From Octopus vulgaris (lineage: Eukaryota), in contig OX597822.1 in NCBI GenBank assembly GCA_951406725.2, forward strand, positions 42,346,001-42,410,000: a stretch of 64,000 bases of DNA. The letters run 5' to 3'. How positions within the stretch are numbered: position 1 is the first letter of the stretch; each line of letters opens with the position of its first letter. Below, one piece after another: positions 52,375 through 64,000 of this stretch. The translations under genes were made by a program, and so were the position numbers. Below the pieces are notes generated by a model, which was given only the letters and a program-made list of their open reading frames with translations, ran no database searches and was not told the origin of the DNA.

Positions 52375-52553
52375 CATAGGAGTGACTGTGTGGTAAGTAC
52401 CTTCCTTACCAACCACATGGTTCCAGGTTCAGTCCCACTGTGTGGCACCTTGGGCAACTGTCTTATACTATAGCCTCGAGCCAACCAAAGCCTTGTGAGT
52501 GGATTTGGTAGACAGAAACTGAAAGAAGCCCGTCGTATATATGCATATATATT

Positions 52554-52586
<33 letters not shown>

Positions 52587-52672
52587 ATGTTTGTGTATCT
52601 GTGCTTGTTCCCCCACATCACCTGACAACTGATGCTGGTGTGTTTACGTTCCCGTAACTTAGCAGTTTGGCA
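52371..52672 (+). mobile_element. SINE family B, 3' truncated
   Basis: Similarity to 14357-14752. Confidence 0.85.
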
Positions 52673-54300
52673 TATATAATATAAAACCAAAACTAGACTC
52701 ACATCCTTTATTATGATGCTCGTAATTTTCATAAGGGTAAATATGGATATCCAAAATTATTCTCTGCTTTTTCCTGTATCAAGTCCTCTGTAATAATAAT
52801 TTTTCTGTTTATACTTCTTGCACTGAGGAGAACACTGACATAGAATTAATTTAATTTAATCAAATTAATTTAATTATTCTACCACGAATTTGCATACAAT
52901 TTGCAGACACATACATCACGAAAAACACATTTACACATGCACAAACACACCCACACATACACTCACGCACAAACACACACACCAGGGGGCAACACTGAAA
53001 AGAACATATCTAACCCAAAAGAAAATCCTAATTCTTCCTTCAACAAACACTCACCACTACATAAACACCCATCAACACAAAGCTGGTCACATTCAAAACA
53101 TATTCAAATGACATTCAACACAATACACAAACACACACACTCATACACAGGTGGACATAAAACCCATTCAATGTGGATTTTTAGCCACTCCCTAGACGGG
53201 AACACACAGAGATTTTAGATAATAGACAACTACACCTCTTCTCTTACTCTCTAACACTTTGAACTCTATACCAAACTATATTTAAAGAAGACTTCAACGA
53301 AAAATATCCAGATATGTTCTTGACTCTGAGACAGAAGATAAACTGTTTTTACTTCAAATTTTTATAAATTTTTACTGATATTTGATGAGATTCATCACTG
53401 AAACTGGTAATATTTTCTTAATATAATTCTAAAAATCATTTTTATTAAATTCCTTCTCAAATTCAAATGCTTTAGACTTACTTCTATGCTATTTCCACCT
53501 CCATCTTGAGGTATTTTTACCTCTTGGCTGAAACAGCTGTAAGTTATTTTCCCAATTTATATTCATGTTTGTTATTTTATAATAATTACTGGTATCCTTA
53601 TATATTAATATATTTTATATCTTATATGTAAAGCATACATGTTATATGTATGTATATTATTGTAATTATCAATTTAGTAAATAAATAAATAAGTTAAAAA
53701 TATAATGTCTAAAAGTTGATGAACTACCTATTGATCCCCTCCATTTACTTCTTGCAATATATATACATATATATACAAATCAAAAACATGGAGCAAGCAT
53801 GCAACAGACAACAATAAAACATCTGGACAGATAGACGACACAAAGACAATGACTTTCATCTCTTATGTTCAGCTCCTATGTTCCTGCCTCAAGGATATCA
53901 CTCTACACACACCAGTTCAATTTGATTCATCTTTATTAATCAAACGACACCTGTTGTTATTTTCTTGCTGCTTGTAATTGTATAATATTTTTTTTTGTTA
54001 TTGTTATTGTTTTTCCTTTGTTGTACACATTCACTTGCTTTCTCCCAAAACATTTAATGCTCTTAGCTTGGATTTTTGGGGCAAGCCAGATTTGAACAAT
54101 CTGAAGCAGAGCCAGCCAAAACTGTAAGGATGATTCCCGAACTTGAGTGATGACAGAAGACTGTGAATGACCCATCTTTGTTTTTTCCTGTCTGTATGTT
54201 TTATTGTCATCTGTTCCATTTTTTCGATTTATGCATCCACATAGTAGTGTACATACACTTTTGCTCACCTTGTAAGTATATATATATATATAAATACACG

Positions 54301-54347
<47 letters not shown>

Positions 54348-54349
54348 TA

Positions 54350-55591
54350 TGGTGTAAGCTATGGACACATAAAAGGTGCAGCAATATCAAAGGAAGGTTA
54401 ACAGGGAATATAGATTTTGTGTGTGGCAGATGCACAGGGGCAATAAACACTGAAGATGTACAGAAAACAGATTCCATCACATGCCAGGGGGAGAAACCAG
54501 AAATTAATAGCTTCTGCTACCTAGGTTACCAACTCTGTAGTTGGGGTGGTTGCTCTGATTGTTTAGAGGCTAGATTAAGAATAGCCTGGGCAAAGTTCAG
54601 AAAGCTCTTACCTCTGCTGGCAACTAAGGGCCTCTCAATTCAGGATGAAAGGTAGACTGTATGATGCATGTGTGCGAACTGCCATGCTACACGGCAGTGA
54701 AACATGGGCCATGACTGATGAGGAAATGCACAGGCTTGAAAGAAATGAATCTAGGATGATCTGCTGGATGTGTAATGTTAGTGTGCATGCACAACAGAGT
54801 GTAATTGCCCTGAGAGAAAAGTTGGGCATAAAAAGCATCAAATGTGGTGTGCAAGAGAGACAACCATGTTGATATGATCATGTGTTATGTATGGATGTGT
54901 GAGGAAGTACTACTCCCTTACTGTGGAAGAGGTAGACCCAGGAAGACATGGGATGAGGTGGTGAAGCATGACCTTCAAACATTGGTCCTCACAGAGGCAA
55001 TGATATGCTGTGATTGAGAAGACCCGACAACTAAAGTGAGATCACAGCCATGCATGTCTGGCTCATTTAAGAGTATTCCTGAAGCATCGGGTGATATGAT
55101 ATGCTTGAGAAGACCTGTTGAGTCAAGTAAAGCCAATATCGTAGCTGGGGCCAGTGCCCCCTGATTGGCTCTCATGCTGGTGGCACATAAAAAGCACCAT
55201 CCGAAAGTGGCCAATGCCCCTTGACAGGTTCCCATGCCGGTGGCACATAAAAAGCACTAACTGAATATGATCGATGCCAGGACCACCTGACTGTCCCCCA
55301 TGCCAGTGGCAAGTAAAAAGCACCATCTGAACATGGCCGATGCCAGTACCCCTAACAGGCCCTGTGCCAGTGGAATGTAAAAAGCACTATCCAAACATGC
55401 TCAATGCCAGGTCCACCTGAATAGATCTTATGCCAGTGGCATGTAAAAAGCACCCACTACACTCTCAGAGTGGATGGTGTTAGGAAAGGCATCCAGGTGT
55501 AGAAACATTGCAGATCAGATTGGAGCCTGGTGCAGCTGCTGGCTCTCCAGACCTCAGTCAAACTATGCCAGCATGGAAAACGATGATGATG

Positions 55592-55592
<1 letters not shown>
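54350..55592 (+). mobile_element. 5'-truncated RTE LINE: ORF C-terminus, tandem-repeat 3' UTR and (GAT)n tail
   Basis: FCYLG..GGC..ARLRIAWAKFRKLLPLL, KGRLYDACVRTAMLHGSETWAM, LREKLGI, GRPRKTWDEVV; then GTGCCRGTGGCAC..AAAAAGCAC units and tail. Confidence 0.9.
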
Positions 55593-55624
<32 letters not shown>

Positions 55625-56245
55625 GGCAAATGAAATAGGGATAAGAATGTGCATTGTCCATTTAATTGGAAAATTCTATAAGTGGCTGAAGATTGCTCAA
55701 TATTTTAAAACTGATGTAATACTTACAGTGTTTAATAAAATGAAGTAACATGAAACAATTGTACTACTCTACCTTGGATATACTTGTTGCTTATTTTGAT
55801 TATATATATATATATATATATATATATAACGCATCTACAGTTAACCAAGTCTGAATCATTATCTTTCTTTTACCTGCCTACAATATGTGAGTTACTCTCG
55901 GAGATTTTAAGGTTGTAAAAAAGGCTTTAACATCTATTTTTAGCAGTGCGTGGTGATCCCTTGTTATAATTATGCTTTAAGCTGATCCCTTGTTATAATT
56001 ATGTATATAATTATAAAATGATTTGTAAAATTTACCTAAAAGGTTTTTATTTTCCACACTGGTTACCTGGTAAAATCACATAATATATACGACAGACTTC
56101 TTTCAGTTCCAGCTACCAAATTCACTCACAAGGTTTTGGCCAGCCCAGGGCTATAGTACAAGAGACTTGCCCACGATGCCATGCATAGGGACTGAAACCA
56201 GAACCATGTGGTTAGTAAGCAAGCTACTTACCACGAAATCACTCT

Positions 56246-56281
<36 letters not shown>

Positions 56282-56785
56282 CAATATATATATATATAAT
56301 ATATATACATACATAATATATATATATTATATATAATATATATATATATAATACATATATGTATTATATATATAATACATAGATATAATACATATATGTA
56401 TTATATATATAATACATAGATATAATACATATATATATTATATATATAATACATATATATATTATATATATAATACATATGTATATTATATATATAATAC
56501 ATATATATAATATATATATAATACATATATATAATATATATATATTATATATATATAATATATATATAGATACATATATTGTGTGAGTGACCTCCTTCAG
56601 TCACGAATGACCATGGAATTGCAGCTAGAAAGTTACCCTCCGAGGTACAAGTCTGGGCATGGTTGTTCATGGAAGACCAGCAGTCACCCATGCATACTAG
56701 CCTCCCATCTCCACGCCACCGATGTTATCCAAGGGAAAGGCAAAGGCCAATACAGCTTGGCACCAGTGACATCGCAGCTCATTAA

Positions 56786-57083
56786 TTAACGTGCAAGTGG
56801 TTGAGCACTCCACAGATACGTGCACCCTTAACGTAGTTCTCGAGGAGATTCAGCGTAACACAGAGTGTGACAAGGCTGGCCCTTTGAAATACACGTACAA
56901 TAGAAACAGTAATGAAGAGTGAGAGGAAGTTGTGGTGAAAGAGTACAATAGGGTTCACCACCACCCCACTGCCGGAGCCTCATGGAGCTTTAGGTGTTTT
57001 CGCTCAATAAACACTCACAATGCCCGGTCTGGGAATCGAAACCGCGAGTCCGCTGCCCTAACCACTGGGTCATTGTGCCTCCA
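56786..57083 (-). mobile_element. tRNA-derived SINE family E
   Basis: Minus strand GTGGAGGCACAATGACCCAGTGGTTAGGGCAGCGGACTCGCGGTTTCGATTCCC tRNA-like head. Confidence 0.75.
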
Positions 57084-57090
57084 CATAAAT

Positions 57091-57438
<348 letters not shown>

Positions 57439-57451
57439 CTGTAAAATAATC

Positions 57452-57514
57452 AGATAACCGAAGAGATGGTGTTGTGGATTTCCACCTCAGCATCCGAAAC
57501 ACAGAGTTTTATCT
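57452..57514 (+). ncRNA. Variant hammerhead ribozyme motif (core CCGAAGA)
   Basis: Stem I AGATAA/TTATCT, CCGAAGA, stem II GATG..GTGGA/TCCAC..CATC, GAAA (57496-57499), stem III AC..GT; enclosed by ATCTGTAAAATAAT/ATTATTTTACAGAT. Confidence 0.5.
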
Positions 57515-57772
57515 TGGCTATTGAATAATTGTCACATTATTTTACAGATAAATTTCCTCTATTTACATAATATTGAGGTCTCTTTCTTTCTTTTGTTATC
57601 TTATCGTTTTTACCAATAATATATATATATATTACGTATATATATAATATATATATCATATTAACACTGCCAGATCAGACTGTGCCTGGTGCAGCCTTCT
57701 GGCTTCCCAGACTCCAATTGAACCGTCCAACCCATGCCAGCATGGAAAGCGGACGTTAAATGATGATGATGA

Positions 57773-57857
<85 letters not shown>

Positions 57858-57994
57858 TATTATATATTATATATAGATATTATATATATATTACGTATAC
57901 ATATATATATTACAAAATTAGAAAATGGAGAAACATACTTAAATCAATCAAACATCAACCATCAGATGATACCCAATCAATACTTTATTACACC

Positions 57995-58011
57995 ATTACA
58001 TATATATATTA

Positions 58012-58053
<42 letters not shown>

Positions 58054-58597
58054 GTATGTATGTATATATATATATTATATTATGTATATATATTGTGTGT
58101 ATATATATTATATTATGTATATATATATTATATATATATTATATTATGTATATATACATATATTATGGATATATATATATATTATATTATGTATATATAC
58201 ATATATCATATTATGTATATATACATATATCATATTATGTATATATACATATATCATATTATATTATATTATATTATAATATATATATATTATATTATGT
58301 ATATATACATATATTATGGATATATACATATATCATATGTATATATACATGTATCATATTATGTATATATACATATATCATATTATGTATATATACATAT
58401 ATATTATATTATGTATATATACATATATCATATTATGTATATATACATATATCATATTATGTATATATACATATATCATATGTATATATACATATATCAT
58501 ATTATGTATATATACATATATCATATTATATCATATTATGTATATATACATATATCATATTATGTATATATACATATATCATATTATATTATATTAT

Positions 58598-58650
<53 letters not shown>

Positions 58651-58660
58651 TATATATATA
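57995..58660. repeat. AT-rich satellite with ~24-bp unit TATTATGTATATATACATATATCA
   Basis: Direct inspection. Confidence 0.9.
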
Positions 58661-58954
58661 TGCTATTTGTTTATCATTCACCTAACTCAGAACCTGAAAT
58701 TCATTTTGACGTAGACAGCATGGAGTGTGGTGCAATAGGTGCAGTGAGTGTACCCATGTGTGACCTTAATATGTCATGTATTCAGTCGGCCATTTGTGAT
58801 TGTATGCACAACCAGAGTACAAATACATGTTTACTTTAGTAAGTATGGATCTGTTCTTAAAGATTGCTTGTATACGACAGTGCTATCACTGACCTGACCT
58901 TGGTACTTTACTATTCAAGCACCTCTTTCTCTTGAATCCTCAAAATTTTTTTAT

Positions 58955-58993
<39 letters not shown>

Positions 58994-61605
58994 TAAAATT
59001 TTGAATATAGAGTAAAAATTAAATATAAATTTTTTTACCAGTGGCCAGCGTGAGTAAAAATGTCCGTAGACTGCAAATATTATTATATGTGTGTACAAGA
59101 GTTACACACTGAGGGAAAGTCACTAAGTGGTTTTTCCATCATGCTAGAAATGGGAGTTAAATTCCAAACCATGAAAAAACTATTCTTATTTTGGCATGTT
59201 GAATGTAGGCAGGCTGGACAATTTGAGAGAATTCAAAAATGATTAGCCATTCCCGTACTTCGAAGTTTTGCCCTTAACTATTAGATACACTAATTAATTT
59301 ATTAATCAATCAATGCATTAAATTGTCTATGGCTCATCAGCAAGAATCACTATTCACATACAAATACAAAAACTCGAATACATACAACATCAAACAAGAC
59401 ACACTGCATACTGAGTTTCCACCTTAATACATTGAAGAATTTTGTTTAAAAAGTCCCACAAACAGCAGTTGCGATTTTTATTCCTACTTCATCTTAGATT
59501 TTCCTGTTTCTTCCTGATTCCAAAGAAGAGCTATGCTCAAAATGTAAAACTTCTACTCTTTTCTTTCTCTGAGCATCTTATTAATGCATTGCTTGTGCCA
59601 TGTTCAAACATTTGCTTCTTTCTTTCTTTTTCTCATCCATCTGTCAGCCTATCTACCTACCTATATTTCTACCTATCTATCTCCATTGTCATGGAACCTC
59701 ACCCCCCCAAAAAAAAACTATGTTCTCTTCTAAACAAAACCCCAAAAAAAACATCTGTTTTATATAAATGGACAAGCTGTTTGTACATTCACAAAATTTC
59801 ATTTGACAAGTTCAAGAAAGGAATGAAAGTGCTAATGATAATAAAGAAATAAAAAGATTTTTTCCAAAATTCTGACGACTTTTTTTTCTCAATATTCAAT
59901 TTCTGTACATCACACCTAACATTCTATACATATATATATAAATTTTTGTATACATATATGAAAATAGATATACATATATAAAATTAATAGAGGTCACAAA
60001 AGTGACAAAAGGTACCGACTAGCACTGCTTATGCTAAAAATGAGAGTTAAATTAACTCTAAAGCCACTAAAGCACTATATTTAATGACTAAAAATGGGAG
60101 GTAAGTTATCAAATTTTGCTAATAAGCCACCCTTTTAATTTGGTATACACACACATATATATATATATATATACATACAGACACACACACACACATATAT
60201 ACACATTTACATGTATACATACATATACTGCAGGTAGTCAACTTGGAAATTCCAACAATGTAACCTTGTTTTCATAAGGCAATCCCAGCCTGATGATTAG
60301 CTAAGTTGAGCACCTTTCATTGTATAACTATTACATCAGAGATTCAACTAGCCAAGAAACATATGTAACATGCATTTTACCGGTTCCACTCCCTTAATTT
60401 TGATATGTGTGATTAGATATATATTGACATACAGTGGTGGAGAGAGAGAGAGGGAGAGAGAGAAGTGAGAATGTGTACTGAATAGAAATGAATGCAGTGT
60501 CCATGTGAGTTTGTAAGACAGACGGACTAAGAGACAAACATACAAACAGCAGATAGTAGATAGGAGATAGACAGATAGATAGATAGACAGTTGATAGACA
60601 GACAGATAGATAAAAAGACAGATAGATAGATAGATAGATAGTATGTGTTTTAAAGTTTCAGAAATCCTGTAAAATCAACTGCAACAGTTCACATGTAACA
60701 AATGTCGAGTGTTGCAAGGAGGATTGGTCTGCCGGAGTTTAGGTGAGTGTGCGCGTCTTAAATCATGTGTGTGGAGTTATGTGTTTGTGTGTAGTCATAT
60801 GTGTGTGTGTGTGTGTGTGTGTGTGTATACGTGTGTGTGGTTGTTTGTGTTTAACTGTGTGTAGTTATATGAATAGTTATTTGTGCGTCACAAATTATGT
60901 GTATGTAGTTATGTGTGATACGTGTAGTTAAATCTGTAGTTGTGTGTGTGTGTGTCTTAAATTAAGTGTGTAGTTCTATGTGATTATCTTTGTGTCTTTG
61001 TTAAATTATGTGTGCAATTATGTGTAGTTATGTGTGTATCTAACTTATGTGTGTTTGAGTGTCTGAGTAGTAATACGTGTGTTTAGTTATGTATGTGCGT
61101 AGAGCTATGTATATGTGTAGTTATGTGTATATGTCTAGTAATATGTGTATGTTGTAGTTTAACACCAGGTTAACCTTACTCAAGTAAACCTAGGATCAGG
61201 GTTGGACGTGTGTGTGTGTGTGTGTGAAGGTCTAGGGGTGTTAGTGTAACTTTGTACAAATCTGTGAGTGTACATGAGTCAGTCTATGTATGCGAGTATA
61301 TATTTGTGTGTGTGTGTGTGTGTATATAAATATGCGCACATATACATATATACACATACATGCGCATGTACGTATACATGTCATCGTACATCGTATGTGT
61401 GTATACACGTACCAGTGCGTATATGCCTGCCAGCTTGTGTGTGTATGGGGATGGGGATATTTACGTGTGTGTGTGTGTTCATATTTTTATGTGTTGGCAA
61501 CAGAAAAATATTTACCTTTTCAAATCGGAGTTACGAATTATATATATATATACATAACGATTTTCTCGGTTGATGTAGGGAGCGAACCCTTGTATACTGA
61601 CTTAC

Positions 61606-61741
61606 CACTAGTTCCCTCACCGCCACCCTCCTGAAAATACACAAACATTAAAAATTCTCTTTTCTCACCTTTCTCAACCTCTCCTTTTGTTTCCAGATAA
61701 TAGTCTAGATTGGTTCCAATAGCTTCCCAGTAGATATCCAT
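61606..61741 (-). other. Candidate upstream exon (either ATG-initiated MDIYWEAIGTNLDYYLET... or a 25-nt micro-exon 61606-61630)
   Basis: Strong donor ACTAGTG|GTAAGT at 61606; internal acceptor TTTGTGTATTTTCAG| at 61630; CpG-retaining unique sequence. Confidence 0.3.
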
Positions 61742-62872
61742 GGATGAACAAGAGACATTTTGGGTGACAAATTTTCTCTTCGAATTGTGTACGAGACGTT
61801 AATTAATCCACAGATATGTAATAAGTCTATCACCGCGGAATAACATGATATATACAGAAAAACAAACACTACTTCAGTGGATATGAATATATATGTGTGT
61901 ATTATATCTCTATTCAGGATGTCAGTGAATGGTGTTAGTGGCTATTTATACGTCAGAATGCGCTTTCCTGTTTTCTTGTTTAGTCAAATTCCATCACAGC
62001 AACAGTAAGTCACAATATATAGGTACCTATATGGGTTGGGTGTCAAAAAGAAAAAAAATAGATATAAATGTGTCGTAGGTAAGAGATCAGCGCTCAAGGT
62101 CGCCACTGAGACACCAGAGAAAGACGTAGTGATAAAGTGAGAGATAGGGAGAGAAGCATTGTGATGAATAGATTGATACTGAGAAAAAAAAGAGAGATAC
62201 AATGAGAGATAGATATATAAAAACAGAGAGAGAAGACCTATAAATAGATATATAGATATATACAGAGAGAAACACTTAGCAATAGATAGAGAGAGAGGGA
62301 GAGGAAGGGGAGGGTGAACAGTGGCTCGGAACAAGTGCGTGTGTGTCAGTCAGCGACTATCTTTGTCCACAAAAATTAGAGAAAGAGCAACCAACTAAAA
62401 ACACATTGTTGCTGGCCAACATACGGTGGATAGATCGGAATGTCTGCCTCATGCATGTTTTTTATGAATACGTACAAATACATATGCATATATATTTTAT
62501 ATATTCATATATAGATACATTTCTTAGAATATAGACAAAATCATGCACATATATTACGTGCAGACGTCCGAAAGTTATTAACTAAAGTTGTAGTATGGAG
62601 AAGATATGCACTAAAAAAAGACAATTAAGTCGGTTACTGTCCTTAGCAAAAAGCAATGCATAATGTAGGCATATGGTCTTAATAAACACCTCTCCTATCA
62701 ACCTCAACTGTTTCCTACTGACACAATTATAAATACCTTTGTCCATTTATACCACGGTCATTGTCATAACTTCGGACATTCTGATATATTCATGCATACG
62801 CACGCCCGCGCACACACACACACTTTCTCTCTCCTTCTCTTTCTCCTTTTCTCTCTCTCTCTTCTCTTTTTC

Positions 62873-62909
<37 letters not shown>

Positions 62910-63393
62910 ATATACGGACATATCCATACACACACATATATATATATCGCTTGTAAAAACAAATCCGAAAAAAGAGACGCACTCTTTAGAGCAGTATATG
63001 AAAGTTAGGTAAGGCAGCTTTATGGGATTACCTTGTATCATCAAATCCCAAAAGCCAACAGGTTTTGGGGTCTGGTGATACGCCATAACACTAAACTCTT
63101 CATGAACGTGAAATCTAAAGTAATCTCATAAACCGGCCTTATCTAACTTTAATGTGTGTGTTTGTGTGTGTTTGTATGGTGGATTCTCCCGTCGGTGACG
63201 ACATATGACCTGCACGAATGATTTGTTTAAAGTGATCAAATGTATGTGTATATATATATATAGCCTGCGTCAGTTGTTGACTGCCATGACACTGCATCCT
63301 TTAAGGCCCACATGCTTTCCGAAATCCGCCGAAACTACACCTGATTATATATACACTTTAGATGAGTTGTAGTGCACCTGAGCACTGTACACA

Positions 63394-63416
<23 letters not shown>

Positions 63417-63426
<10 letters not shown>

Positions 63427-63650
63427 TTATTACCCACAGGGGGGCTAAACAGAGAGGGGACAAACAAGGACAGGCAAAGTGATTAAGTTGATTACATCGA
63501 CCTCAGTGCGCAACTGGTACTTATTTAATCGACCCCGAAAGGATGAAAGGCATAGTCAACCTCGGTGGAATTTGAACCCAGAACGTAACTGCAGACGAAA
63601 TACCGCTAAGCATTTCGCCCGGTGTACTAACGATTCTCCCAGCTTGCTGC
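63417..63650 (-). mobile_element. SINE family A
   Basis: Reverse complement of 12793-13026. Confidence 0.9.
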
Positions 63651-63868
63651 TCTTCCTGAAATCATTGCAGGAGGTGCAACCTCAGTGCATGTCCCTGCAT
63701 CAGCAGCCACAGCATGCCTAAGCCACCACACAGAGGGTGCTGGTAGCAGACTGACCACCTAACAGTTGGAACATGTCCCTTCCAAAAGAAGATGAATAAG
63801 AGATTCTCCAACCTCATTAAGCAGTAACTGAGGCAGGGCATGATGGTCAGGCTATAAATAATTTGTTT

Positions 63869-63905
63869 CTCGCGATAGCTCAGTTGGTAGAGCGGAGAAC
63901 TGTAG
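63869..63905 (+). tRNA. tRNA-Tyr(GTA) 5' half (gene or pseudogene); 3' half not in window
   Basis: CTCGCGA-TA-GCTC-AGTTGGTA-GAGC-G-GAGAA-CT-GTA-G matches positions 1-37 of eukaryotic tRNA-Tyr; similarity stops at the canonical intron site 37/38. Confidence 0.7.
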
Positions 63906-63917
63906 TAAGAATTTAAT

Positions 63918-64000
63918 AAGGCGGCGAGCTGGCAGAATCGTTAGCGAAATGTGTAGCCGTATTTCGTCTGCCGTTACGTTCTGAGTTCAAATTCCACCGA
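63918..64000 (+). mobile_element. SINE family A 5' part, runs off window
   Basis: AAGGCGGCGAGCTGGCAGAATCGTTAGC...GAGTTCAAATTCC. Confidence 0.85.

Noticed and set aside
54101-54130. Hammerhead-like CTGAAGC...AAAACTGTA
   Set aside because: Both core boxes deviate and stems are unconvincing

Overview
AT-rich, microsatellite-dense eukaryotic DNA. The SINE/LINE/Penelope repertoire and (TA)n/(CA)n load suggest a cephalopod, probably an octopus (inference). One host coding exon is clearly supportable: a large minus-strand exon (40960-42195) encoding an N-terminal SH3 domain like that of ARHGAP12/27-type RhoGAPs. Most of the window is probably intronic or upstream of this gene. The rest is a mosaic of tRNA-derived SINEs, decayed LINEs (RTE, CR1/L2-like, R4-like), Penelope-like retroelements, mariner/Tc1 relics, hAT and piggyBac-type MITEs and simple repeats. 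The least-explained signal is a set of type I hammerhead ribozyme motifs in short islands embedded in (TA)n arrays, some inside inverted repeats and near Penelope relics. Also notable: a 5'-inverted R4-like LINE insertion, an RTE C-terminus with three C2H2 fingers, a shared SINE/LINE 3' tail, and a tRNA-Tyr 5' half followed by a SINE. Most short ORFs in the track are microsatellite or SINE artefacts. I see no evidence for a wholly new multi-gene system.
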